Shown in pieces: positions 1 to 9,166 of a stretch of DNA of 43,314 nucleotides. Numbering within the stretch: position 1 is the stretch's first letter; the number at the start of each line of letters is the position of its first letter. Below the pieces are notes generated by a model. It was not told the origin of the DNA. It worked only from the letters and a program-made list of their open reading frames with translations, and did no database searches. Origin of the DNA: a virus (Duplodnaviria > Caudoviricetes). The stretch lies in IMG/VR virus record IMGVR_UViG_3300031519_000055, positions 1 through 43,314 of that record; one strand, 5' to 3'. The translations under genes were made by a program, and so were the position numbers.

Positions 1-568
1 GTATTGATTTTGCTTTGTTCCAACATTCTACTTTACCATATCCATATTCTGCATGTATAAAATCTACACCCGATGCATCTGCACATTCTTTGTCTACTAT
101 CATGTCGCCAATATAGACTGCATCACGGGGACTTGTATTACAATGTGCAAGGGTATATAGTAGTTGGTCGGGTGAGGGTTTACCTCTTAGTCCTTCAGTA
201 GGACAACAGATGAAATCAAACTCAACGTCCAACTTAGATAAGATGTCATGTGTTCTATCTACATGTTTAGATGTAACAATTGCAAGTTTCTTACCTTGAG
301 ACTTAAGTAGTTTCAGATGGTCTTCGACACCATCATAGAACTTAATCATTTTACTATTCTTTGAAGAGAATGCATTGTACTCTTTCATAAGTTTATCTTG
401 GTCAGTAAGTATACCAATCTCAGTTAGTATGTCTTTGAATGGTTTACCAATAAGTTTAAAGTAGTCTTCAAATGGTCTACCAGTTTTTAAAGAGTTAAAC
501 GACTTCTCCATATTTTTTTTAGAGTCTATTAAAACCCCGTCTAAGTCAAACACATATAGTTTTTTCAT
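1..568 (-). CDS. HAD-superfamily hydrolase (phosphoglycolate phosphatase-like), truncated by the window edge
   Basis: Not in the ORF track because it runs off the edge. Manual translation from ATG at 568 gives MKKLYVFDLDGVLIDS (HAD motif I DxDGxL), GKPSPD, and YIGDMIVDKECA (motif IV). Confidence 0.85.
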   Translation of the reverse strand, partial: MKKLYVFDLDGVLIDSKKNMEKSFNSLKTGRPFEDYFKLIGKPFKDILTEIGILTDQDKLMKEYNAFSSKNSKMIKFYDGVEDHLKLLKSQGKKLAIVTSKHVDRTHDILSKLDVEFDFICCPTEGLRGKPSPDQLLYTLAHCNTSPRDAVYIGDMIVDKECADASGVDFIHAEYGYGKVECWNKAKSI

Positions 569-570
569 AT

Positions 571-1011
571 CTAAGTTAGGTGGTCTTCTGTTAATATTCT
601 GAAGTTCAATCTTCTATCTTTACAATACTCTTCTGCAGCTTTAAACTTTGCTTGGTTTACAGCATATGTTGCAATCTCGTTTAGATATCGTTTAGTTCTT
701 CTTACAGGTTCCTTTGGAGGTTGTGTCTGTTTCTTAGGTTTAACTTCTATAATTTCTCTTATGGATTGACCCTTATCATTAACGTATTTGATATAGAAGT
801 CAGGAAAGTATCTATGGGGTCTTTTGTCTAGTGGAGAGATATACGGAATAACCACTTCTTCACTACCCCACTCTATAATACTCGGGTTATTATCGCAGTA
901 AACCATGAATCTTCTTTCCCAAAGTGACCTGTAAAAAATTTTAGTGGGGTCTCCTCTGTATTTTTTGTAGTTCTTTGGTTTAAACTTGCCGCTATACGAT
1001 TTTCTTGACAT
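571..1011 (-). CDS. gp4: Head completion nuclease, T4 gp4-like (TnsA-type endonuclease fold)
   Basis: Motifs YSGKFKPKNYKKY, YRSLWE, WGSEE, RYFPDF, IEVKP; divergent from gp48/gp53 as in T4-like phages. Confidence 0.92.
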   Translation of the reverse strand: MSRKSYSGKFKPKNYKKYRGDPTKIFYRSLWERRFMVYCDNNPSIIEWGSEEVVIPYISPLDKRPHRYFPDFYIKYVNDKGQSIREIIEVKPKKQTQPPKEPVRRTKRYLNEIATYAVNQAKFKAAEEYCKDRRLNFRILTEDHLT

Positions 1012-1016
1012 AAATA
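1009..1016 (+). promoter_or_regulatory. Probable T4-type late promoter (CATAAATA) for the gp48 operon
   Basis: One mismatch to TATAAATA, 32 nt upstream of the gp48 ATG; overlaps the gp4 start codon on the other strand. Confidence 0.5.
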
Positions 1017-1039
1017 GATAATATAAAGTTATTCATAGG

Positions 1040-1047
1040 TATTTATA
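1040..1047 (-). promoter_or_regulatory. T4-type late promoter (TATAAATA) for gp4 and the HAD gene
   Basis: TATTTATA on + strand is an exact TATAAATA on the - strand, 28 nt upstream of the gp4 ATG. Confidence 0.7.
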
Positions 1048-1048
1048 C

Positions 1049-2080
1049 ATGGCAAATGTAAACAAAATTCTCTCAAAGTTAAACGAAGCAACAACTGCAA
1101 TCTCATCTGTAAAAGGAATAGCGAGTAAGATATTTGGAACAGGGTATAATGTAAATGTTTCAGAATATGAAAAGGAATCTGAACTCGAACGGGAACGAAT
1201 GGCTATTCGTTCTAAAGAACTTAAAAGTAGAAATGTTGGTTTAAATATGATTCCTAGAAATTTGGCTAAAGAAAACCCAACTGGGGTTTCTGCTGAATTG
1301 GTATATCCTAGGGATACTCTTTTAGATAACTATATACACTTCAGTATTCTTCCTAGAAAAAAAAGAAAGGGAAAGAACAACTTATTAAGTGAAAAAAAGA
1401 CAGAAATATACATCTATGTTCCTAACGTTGCAAACAACTCACCGACTGTTAGTTACAAAACTCAAGACTTTGGTAATGTCGCAAGGAGTTTGATAGATGG
1501 TGGCGGACTTTTTTCGGGTGATGTTCTAAAAGGTTTAGGAGCAGAAGTTTCTGAAGGTCTCCAAAAAATGGTAAACGCTGTTGCATTATCAACCATTAAT
1601 TTTAAAAACCAACAAATTTTTAACCCACAACAGGAAATCATGTTTGACGGAATGTCCTTCAGAACATTTGATATGTCTTTTCAGTTTAGACCAAATTCAA
1701 AAGAAGAGGCACAAGTTATTAATGATATGATATGGACATTCAAAACTGCAATGTTGCCAGATACATTTTCAGGTGAAAAAGGCGGAACCGATTTTTCTGA
1801 AAACTATTTTAATGTCCCTAATGGTGTGGAGATAAGTTGGGAGGGTGATATTGCAAAAAAACTTGATGGGTTCCTACCTTCTTTCATAACTGGTTGCAAT
1901 GTTAAGTACAACAATGGTGGTAAAATGGAAACCTTTGAAGACGGTCAACCATTAATTATTGATATGGATTTATCATTCCAAGAAGGTGTTCTATTAACAC
2001 AAGGAAATTATCAATCAATATCACCTATTGGAACTGGAAAGGCTAAGATTAGTAATCCATCTTTAGAGGACGGTGAATAA
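1049..2080 (+). CDS. gp48: Baseplate tail-tube cap, gp48-like
   Basis: IFNPQQEIMFDGMSFRTFDMSFQFRPNSKEEA and the downstream ITGCNVKY...DLSFQE motifs; position before gp53. Confidence 0.8.
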   Translation: MANVNKILSKLNEATTAISSVKGIASKIFGTGYNVNVSEYEKESELERERMAIRSKELKSRNVGLNMIPRNLAKENPTGVSAELVYPRDTLLDNYIHFSILPRKKRKGKNNLLSEKKTEIYIYVPNVANNSPTVSYKTQDFGNVARSLIDGGGLFSGDVLKGLGAEVSEGLQKMVNAVALSTINFKNQQIFNPQQEIMFDGMSFRTFDMSFQFRPNSKEEAQVINDMIWTFKTAMLPDTFSGEKGGTDFSENYFNVPNGVEISWEGDIAKKLDGFLPSFITGCNVKYNNGGKMETFEDGQPLIIDMDLSFQEGVLLTQGNYQSISPIGTGKAKISNPSLEDGE

Positions 2081-2081
2081 A

Positions 2082-2819
2082 ATGTCAAATAAGTTATATG
2101 AGAATTTTCCAACAATACAATATCGTTTATCAAATGGTAAACTAGTTACAATAAAAGATTTTTTTAGAAAGGCTAGAGTTAAGTCTTTCAATATGAACAC
2201 TATTGTTGATTATCAATACTATGAATTAGAAGAAGGGGAAAGACCCGATGTAGTTGCAACTAAACTATATGGAGATGGAGACTTACATTGGATTTTATTT
2301 CTAATCAATGATATAGAAAACTATTATGATTGGCACATGAGTTCTGAAGTTTTTGAAAACCATATAGATACATATTATAAAGGTCAATACTTAACTTTTG
2401 CAACAAGTGATGATGTTGTTCAATATCCAAACTATGATAGTCAAGGCAATCTATTGAATCTTAGAAAATATCTTTTGGGTGAAAAGGTTTCAACACCAAA
2501 GGGGACTGGACATATCTTAGAAGTAGACCCCCTAAATAAAAGAGTGAGAGTTGAAAGAGGACAATGGGAAGCAGGTGAAACTTTAGTCGGGTCGACCAAG
2601 ACTTCACAAATAATAAGTGTCATTGAACCTAGAGATGTTATAGACCATTATATAAATGCAGAAGGAATAAAATCTAATGTAAGCGCATCAGGATTTACTT
2701 CCGTATCTCTCTGGCAGAATGAATACAATCTAAATGAAGTTAAACGAAAAATCAAAATTATACAACCAAAATTTATCGGAGAAGTTGTAAGAGAATTTGA
2801 AAGACTAATGAGTACTTAA
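2082..2819 (+). CDS. gp53: Baseplate wedge protein, gp53-like
   Basis: YENFPTIQY; YELEEGERPDVVATKLYGDGDLHWILFLIND (LysM-like); NEVKRKIKII. Start moved from GTG 2073 to ATG 2082, just after the gp48 stop. Confidence 0.88.
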   Translation: MSNKLYENFPTIQYRLSNGKLVTIKDFFRKARVKSFNMNTIVDYQYYELEEGERPDVVATKLYGDGDLHWILFLINDIENYYDWHMSSEVFENHIDTYYKGQYLTFATSDDVVQYPNYDSQGNLLNLRKYLLGEKVSTPKGTGHILEVDPLNKRVRVERGQWEAGETLVGSTKTSQIISVIEPRDVIDHYINAEGIKSNVSASGFTSVSLWQNEYNLNEVKRKIKIIQPKFIGEVVREFERLMST

Positions 2820-2823
2820 TAAT

Positions 2824-4251
2824 ATGGAGACTTCAACTGAAACTGTTTCTTCTTCTTCAACTTCTGATAATTCTCAACAGGGTAAGATATCCATTGAAAA
2901 GATTGAGATTATAAGCCCTTATCATAGTAACCCATGGGACATTACCAATTTAGCAAGTCGTATGGGTCTTTATGAAAGTATTTACAGTAAACATACTACT
3001 GGAGATATTTCATTTATTGACGGACGAAACTTAATTAAAAACTTATCTCTAACAGGTCAAGAAAAACTAAGAGTAGTACTTCAACCATTTGAAACAGACG
3101 AAGTTCAAAGAATAGATAGAACATTTAGAATCTATAAACTCTCTAATGTATCTAAAGTAGATGATATTGTTCAAACATATAACATACATTTTTGTGAGCA
3201 GTTAATGTTTACTTCTAAAGAGACTAGACTTAGTAAAACCTTACGTGGTTCCCATAAGAAAATGTTGTTAGATGTACTTTCAACAATAGTAGAAAGTGAA
3301 TACGGTGGTGAAGGCATATCAATGGAGTCTGTAGGAACAATAGATAATACCGAAGGAGATAATCATCAATTTTTGATTCCCAATTGGTCAGTAAATAAAA
3401 CCTTTGACTGGATAGTTAACAATTCAAATCCATCTGAAAACGAAGTGGGTTATAAGAATAGTATGTTCTTCTATCAGACATTAACAGGACAGTATAATTT
3501 TAAATCTTTAGACAGTATGTTAAAAGAACAGTTCTCAGAAGTTTTTACATTTTATCCTACTATAGGGAATCTTACATCAAGTGCTAGTGAAAAAAATAAA
3601 ACTATATTGGCCTCTCTAAAACCACAAGAGTTTGATACACTTCGTGGAACATCTGTTGGTGCATATGCATCTACATTAAAAGTTTACGACCCTATAAGAA
3701 AGATTGAAGAGATTAATACATTTGATATTGAGACACTATATGAAAAAAGAAAAGAAAAGGGAGAGTATCCTCTTGTAAATTATGATAACAAGGTTAGTGA
3801 TATAAGTAAGAAACATAATTCATTGGTTATAAATGATTATACAACTACACATGTTTTTAGTAATAAGAAAACTATAACAGATGATGAAGAGTATATGGGA
3901 ATTAAGAGTTCTGATAATTCTAAACTTGAACGACAAGCACTTATAGAGAATTTAGCACAAAACACTGTTGAGGTTTCATTGCCTGCTAGAACTGATGTGT
4001 CTGTAGGACAAAAAGTAAAATTTATATTACAAACAGGAGAAGCGGTCATTAATGAAAATCTTTTAGAATTGAGTGCTGATGATGTATATCTAATTACGGG
4101 GTTATCTCTTCAGATAAATGTAATAGAAAGTAATGGAACTTTGAACTTAGAGTGTTCAAAAGAAAGTAGATTTAAATCATATGATTCAGAACAAACTATT
4201 ACACAAAGAATTGAAAGATTATTAGGGACTGAAAGGACTAAAAAGAAATGA
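2824..4251 (+). CDS. Baseplate hub-like protein (gp27-like position)
   Basis: LYESIY...GDISFID...LTGQE, IPNW and FFYQTLTGQYNFKSLDSML motifs typical of the hub protein between gp53 and gp5 in marine T4-likes. Confidence 0.6.
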   Translation: METSTETVSSSSTSDNSQQGKISIEKIEIISPYHSNPWDITNLASRMGLYESIYSKHTTGDISFIDGRNLIKNLSLTGQEKLRVVLQPFETDEVQRIDRTFRIYKLSNVSKVDDIVQTYNIHFCEQLMFTSKETRLSKTLRGSHKKMLLDVLSTIVESEYGGEGISMESVGTIDNTEGDNHQFLIPNWSVNKTFDWIVNNSNPSENEVGYKNSMFFYQTLTGQYNFKSLDSMLKEQFSEVFTFYPTIGNLTSSASEKNKTILASLKPQEFDTLRGTSVGAYASTLKVYDPIRKIEEINTFDIETLYEKRKEKGEYPLVNYDNKVSDISKKHNSLVINDYTTTHVFSNKKTITDDEEYMGIKSSDNSKLERQALIENLAQNTVEVSLPARTDVSVGQKVKFILQTGEAVINENLLELSADDVYLITGLSLQINVIESNGTLNLECSKESRFKSYDSEQTITQRIERLLGTERTKKK

Positions 4252-5228
4252 ACCATTATTACGGAATAGTAGAAGATAGAAACGACCCTTTAGCAATAGG
4301 AAGAGTAAGAGTTCGTGTACATGGTGTTCACACTGATAACAAAAGTGATATTGCAACACCCGACCTTCCATGGTCACAAGTAATTTTACCGACCACAAGT
4401 GCAGGACTATCAGGATTTGGAACACAACATGGATTGGTTGAGGGGTCAACTGTTGTAGGTTTCTTTAGAGACGAAACCGATATGCAAGACTTTATTATTT
4501 TAGGGTCTATTGCTGGTATACCTGCAGATGGTTATCTAGAAAAAGAAAACGATGAACTTGAACCAAGAAGTGCCTCTAAAGGTTTTAATGACCCAAGAAG
4601 ATTAACAGTTGCAGACTATAAAGGAACACCCGATGGTGCAAATTCCCCCGAAGCTCCTAACAGAAGTTTTGGATTAGAACATGCATTAGATACTGCACCA
4701 ACTAAACCCGAAAAACTTGAAATCAAGTATGATGGAACGGAGAATAAAACTACAAACCCAACAGTTACTAAACTTCCGAAATATCCATTATACATAGACG
4801 AGTCAGACCTATCTAAGTTTGCAAGAGGTGAGGGTGATTACACTTTAAGAGACACTAGTAGTGCAAATGGTATTCCATCAAAAGCAAAACCTGTTTATCC
4901 TTACAACAAAGTTTTAGAATCCGAATCAGGTCATGTATTGGAGATTGATGATACACTAGATGCAGAAAGAATTGCAGTAGAACACCGTTCAGGCACATTC
5001 CATGAAATACATCCTGATGGCAGTCAGGTAACTAGAATAGTAAACGACAATTACACTGTAGTGTGTAAAGACGATGAAGTTTGGGTTGGTGGGAAAGTAA
5101 ACATTACAGTTGGTGGAGATGCTAAGATTACAGTCGGTGGTAAAACTGATATTGAATCTACAGGTAATCTATCAGTCGTTGCACCTGAAGTAAGTATCAA
5201 TGGTGGCACAATTAAGTTGAACTCATAA
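4248..5228 (+). CDS. gp5: Baseplate central spike, gp5-like (OB fold plus short beta-helix, no lysozyme domain)
   Basis: GIVEDRNDPLAIGRVRVRVHG, LPW, YPYNKVLESESGHVLEIDDT, HRSGTFHEIHPDG, and C-terminal VGG repeats. Confidence 0.9.
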   Translation: MNHYYGIVEDRNDPLAIGRVRVRVHGVHTDNKSDIATPDLPWSQVILPTTSAGLSGFGTQHGLVEGSTVVGFFRDETDMQDFIILGSIAGIPADGYLEKENDELEPRSASKGFNDPRRLTVADYKGTPDGANSPEAPNRSFGLEHALDTAPTKPEKLEIKYDGTENKTTNPTVTKLPKYPLYIDESDLSKFARGEGDYTLRDTSSANGIPSKAKPVYPYNKVLESESGHVLEIDDTLDAERIAVEHRSGTFHEIHPDGSQVTRIVNDNYTVVCKDDEVWVGGKVNITVGGDAKITVGGKTDIESTGNLSVVAPEVSINGGTIKLNS

Positions 5229-6310
5229 TGGCAATGACACTTCCAATAATCCCTTCGGCATTCCCATGTCCCGATGGAACTATAATCAATCTACCAACTA
5301 AGGCAGACTTAACTAATGCACTTGCAAAGATTGGTGATATTCCTAGTCAACTAAAAGTCTATCTTGTAACAAATGCAAAAAATATAACTGCAGAGGCAAG
5401 AGAAGAGATTGAAAAAGTTATTAAAGATGTAGAAGACTTTATGGACAAGCTTGCAGATATAGCTTCTCCTTATTGGGAGAAAGGAACAATTCGTAATTGG
5501 GGTAAGGAAGCAAGAGACGCTGTAGAAGAAATGTTACAAGAGTTTCACATTTATGTCCCAGTAAAAATTATGGAACTAATATCTAAAATCATTCCAGTAT
5601 CTTTTAAGGTAAATCTTTTAGGAATAGAAATAGATGTTCTTAAAATTTTAACTAAAGAAGAACAAACAAATATCAAAACTCAGATTGGTAATAAAATTGA
5701 TAAGTTTTATGCATTACTTCCCGATTCATACAAAGTCTTTGACGGGGACTTTGGTATAGAGTGTAATGAATGGAAAGCGAAAGCTATATGGAAATATCTT
5801 AAGAGTGAGATTATGGATTGGGTAACTAATTCAATATTCAAGTTGGGGGAGAAACTCATAGGTAAGTTTAAGGAGATATGGGATTCATTAGGACTTCCAA
5901 AGTTGCCAACTGCATTTGAATTTGATTTAGAGTCATTGATAGCAGGATGGAAGGCAATTGCAAAAGCAAAGTATGGAGAAAAGACAAAGGAGTATAGAGA
6001 CTATATCAAAAATAAACTTGATAGTTTAACGATAGCAGGGATTGACCTTGCAACTATTATAGGTGGAAAGATAGCACTATCTGTACAATCTATAGAAGAT
6101 GAAATTAACAGTTTGATTTCAGACTTTAGAGATTTTAAGATTAATTGGAAAAAGAAACTACTATTCATGTGGGTTGAGACTGTAGAAAAGTTCTTTAAAG
6201 CGATAGGACTTGGTAAGATATTTGATTTTATCAACCTAACATTCTGTGATTTACTAAAACTTATAGGCTTTCCACAAACAATCGACATTACAGTTCCCAA
6301 GAGCGTATAA
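5228..6310 (+). CDS. Hypothetical protein, helical/amphipathic, coupled to gp5
   Basis: 360-aa ORF with TAATG overlap to gp5; no family recognised. Confidence 0.75.
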   Translation: MAMTLPIIPSAFPCPDGTIINLPTKADLTNALAKIGDIPSQLKVYLVTNAKNITAEAREEIEKVIKDVEDFMDKLADIASPYWEKGTIRNWGKEARDAVEEMLQEFHIYVPVKIMELISKIIPVSFKVNLLGIEIDVLKILTKEEQTNIKTQIGNKIDKFYALLPDSYKVFDGDFGIECNEWKAKAIWKYLKSEIMDWVTNSIFKLGEKLIGKFKEIWDSLGLPKLPTAFEFDLESLIAGWKAIAKAKYGEKTKEYRDYIKNKLDSLTIAGIDLATIIGGKIALSVQSIEDEINSLISDFRDFKINWKKKLLFMWVETVEKFFKAIGLGKIFDFINLTFCDLLKLIGFPQTIDITVPKSV

Positions 6311-6313
6311 ATA
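6306..6313 (+). promoter_or_regulatory. T4-type late promoter TATAAATA
   Basis: Exact consensus 5 nt before the gp25 ATG. Confidence 0.75.
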
Positions 6314-6318
6314 GAAGT

Positions 6319-6738
6319 ATGGCTGAATATGTTAACAAAGGAAAAACGGTTGTAACTGAAAATAACTATTCAGATATAAACCTTTCATTTACTCCACACC
6401 CTATAACAGGAGATATCACTAGGAAGACAGATGTCGAAGCAGTTAAAAGGTCAGTAAAAAATATTGTTTCCACAAATGCATATGAAAGACCATTTAAACC
6501 TAACTTTGGTGCAAACATAAGAACCATGTTATTTGAATTAGATACTACCATGTTTGGTAGTAAACGTGTTGGTACACAAATTGCCAGTATAATTGAGGCA
6601 TATGAGCCTAGAGTTAATAACGTCCAAGTCAAATTAGAAGACGTAAACAGAAACGAGTTAAATATGACAATATTTTTCAATGTAATAAATAGTATTGAAC
6701 CACAAGAGATGCAATACTTACTAACAAGGACACGATAA
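6319..6738 (+). CDS. gp25: Baseplate wedge subunit gp25
   Basis: YSDINLSF, AVKRSVKNIV, ERPFKPNFG, YEPRV motifs. Confidence 0.92.
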   Translation: MAEYVNKGKTVVTENNYSDINLSFTPHPITGDITRKTDVEAVKRSVKNIVSTNAYERPFKPNFGANIRTMLFELDTTMFGSKRVGTQIASIIEAYEPRVNNVQVKLEDVNRNELNMTIFFNVINSIEPQEMQYLLTRTR

Positions 6739-8609
6739 TGGCAGTAAACAGTTCACAATTAAATATTACTGATTTAGATTTTGATGATATTTCAATCAAC
6801 CTTAAAAACTACCTAAAAGGACAAGAACAATTTAAAGACTATGACTTTGAAGGTTCTTCAATGTCTGTATTAGTTGACCTACTTGCATATGCATCACATA
6901 TTAGTGCAGTCAATACTAACATCGCAGCTTCAGAACTATTTTTAGATTCTGCACAAATTAGAAAGAATGTAGTATCTCGTGCAAAGGATTTAGGATTTAT
7001 TCCCCAATCAGAAACAGGTGCAACTGCAATTATTGATATGACACTATCGGGTGTAAAAAATGCAGATGATACATATCCTACAACTTCAGAAATGTCTATC
7101 TCTAGGGGAACAGTATTTAATACAACCTTTGATGGAACAACATATAAGTTTATAGTTCCAACTACATTAAAACCAACTCAAAGTGGAGATTCATATATCT
7201 ACAATAATGTATCATTAGTGCAAGGAACTTACGCAACAGATACATTCGTATATGATTCACAACTTTCAAATCCTAAGTTTGTATTATCTAATAAGAGAGT
7301 CGATAAATCAAGAATACAAATCAATGTAAACTCAAATGGTATTATAACAACCTATTCATTGTCCACTAATATATCTAACATAACAACAACTTCTAAAGTT
7401 TTTTATGAACAAGAAAATGAAGATGGACATAGAGAGATATATTTTGGAGATGGTGTATTAGGACAAAAACTATTAGATGGTGATATTATAACTGTTACCT
7501 ACATTATAGTAGATAGTGTACATGCAAATGGTGCTAAGACATTCTCAATGGTAAACTCTATTAATGGGTTTTCAAATACGTCCATTACGTCTTCACAAGT
7601 TGCACAAGGTGGTGCAGAGAAAGAGTCTATAGATTCTATCAAGTTTAAAGCAACGAAGTTCTATACTTCTCAAAACAGACTGGTGACACTGAATGACTAC
7701 AAAGCAAAAGTCAGTGAGTATTACCCGAACGCAGATGCAGTTGCAGTGTGGGGTGGTGAAGATAACAATCCACCTGAGTATGGAAAAGTATTCGTTGCAC
7801 TCAAACCTAAGAACTCTGATTACTTATCTGATACTGAAAAAAGTGATGTTGTCAAAAAGTTAAACGCTTTGAATATGTTAACAGTTAGACCAACTATAGT
7901 TAATCCCGAAATCATTAAGATATTAATTTCTACTGTATTTAAATATAACCCAAATGCAACTTCATTGTCAGAGGGTGAGTTGGAGACTGTAGTAACAAAT
8001 GCAATTAACACATTCGATAATCAAAACTTAAGTAATTTTGATTCAATCTTTAGACACTCTAATCTTATAAAAGATATAGACGGTTCAAATAATTCAATTC
8101 TTTCTAACACAACAAATATTAGATTGAAAAAATCTCAAAAAGTTTTTACAGACACTACAAGAGGTGTGGTTGTTGAGTTCGGTAACGGACTTTTTAATCC
8201 ACATGTAGGTCATGCAAAGGCTAGTGGTGGTATATTGACCACTACTGGTTTTAAAGTTTCAGGTGATTCAGTAAATACTCAGTATTTCGATGATGACGGT
8301 GAAAGGAATCTAAGAAGATACTACCTTTCAGGGTCAACAAGAATCTATCAAGATAGTTCTGCAGGTACTGTAGACTATGCAACTGGAAAAATATCAATCA
8401 ATACCATCTTCTTCACATCAGTTGTGAATGTAGATAGTACGATTGACTTTACCGTTATCCCTAATAGTTTGGATGTGGTTGCAACTAGAGGTAATCTAGT
8501 TGATATCGACCAACAATCTATTGTGGTTAAAGGTGAAATAGACACCATCGCAAGTGGTGAATCAAGTGCTGGAGTTGGTTATACATCAACCTCTTCCAGT
8601 AGTTATTAA
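6738..8609 (+). CDS. gp6: Baseplate wedge subunit gp6
   Basis: LDFDDI...FKDYDFEGS, FLDSAQIR, YFGDGVLG, QNRLVTLNDY, WGGEDNNPPEYGKVF. Confidence 0.93.
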   Translation: MAVNSSQLNITDLDFDDISINLKNYLKGQEQFKDYDFEGSSMSVLVDLLAYASHISAVNTNIAASELFLDSAQIRKNVVSRAKDLGFIPQSETGATAIIDMTLSGVKNADDTYPTTSEMSISRGTVFNTTFDGTTYKFIVPTTLKPTQSGDSYIYNNVSLVQGTYATDTFVYDSQLSNPKFVLSNKRVDKSRIQINVNSNGIITTYSLSTNISNITTTSKVFYEQENEDGHREIYFGDGVLGQKLLDGDIITVTYIIVDSVHANGAKTFSMVNSINGFSNTSITSSQVAQGGAEKESIDSIKFKATKFYTSQNRLVTLNDYKAKVSEYYPNADAVAVWGGEDNNPPEYGKVFVALKPKNSDYLSDTEKSDVVKKLNALNMLTVRPTIVNPEIIKILISTVFKYNPNATSLSEGELETVVTNAINTFDNQNLSNFDSIFRHSNLIKDIDGSNNSILSNTTNIRLKKSQKVFTDTTRGVVVEFGNGLFNPHVGHAKASGGILTTTGFKVSGDSVNTQYFDDDGERNLRRYYLSGSTRIYQDSSAGTVDYATGKISINTIFFTSVVNVDSTIDFTVIPNSLDVVATRGNLVDIDQQSIVVKGEIDTIASGESSAGVGYTSTSSSSY

Positions 8610-8627
8610 TCGTTATGTAGAAAGTGG

Positions 8628-8642
8628 TCGGGAGTCCCCCGA
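8628..8642 (+). other. Intergenic GC-rich hairpin TCGGG-AGTCC-CCCGA
   Basis: 5-bp stem in the 75-nt gap after gp6; no directly adjacent U-tract. Confidence 0.4.
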
Positions 8643-8684
8643 GTAGTTTCCCATTAATTTGGATTTTATAGGAGTAAAATTAAA

Positions 8685-9158
8685 ATGGCAGATAAAAAAA
8701 TAAGTGCTTTAACAGCAGTCGCAGATTCAGAAATCGGTGCTGATGATTTATTGCATATTGTAGACAATCCTGGCGGAACACCAGTAAATAAGAAAATGAC
8801 AATTGGTCAATTGTTTGAGAACATCCCTACGCATTTAGCAGTAGATGATATCACAACTTTGACTGCAACAGCGTCAAACCTTGCATCATCATTCGCAACA
8901 GCGATTGACTTGTCGGGTGCTGGAGCTTCAGTTGCATTTACTTTAGATGACGGTACAGACGTTGGTCAGTTAAAAGTAATCTATGCAAAAACTGAACCTG
9001 CATCTACTTACAGTGCAAACATTGAAGTATCAAGTTGGGGTTATTCTTCAACTGCTGGTACTGAAATAGTATTGGACTCACAAGGTGAAGCAGTAATATG
9101 TTTTTGGGACGGTTCAAACTGGTACCCAATTTCTGTTTTCGGTGCAACAGTACAGTAA
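8685..9158 (+). CDS. Small virion structural/adaptor protein (MADKKISALT-type N-terminus)
   Basis: AGGAG RBS; KISxLT motif common in phage structural proteins; located between gp6 and gp7. Confidence 0.7.
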   Translation: MADKKISALTAVADSEIGADDLLHIVDNPGGTPVNKKMTIGQLFENIPTHLAVDDITTLTATASNLASSFATAIDLSGAGASVAFTLDDGTDVGQLKVIYAKTEPASTYSANIEVSSWGYSSTAGTEIVLDSQGEAVICFWDGSNWYPISVFGATVQ

Positions 9159-9166
9159 GATAGAAT

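Noticed and set aside
571-1011. Transposase (TnsA) or homing endonuclease
   Set aside because: Motifs and synteny match the core T4-like head completion protein gp4; no mobile-element ends were seen.
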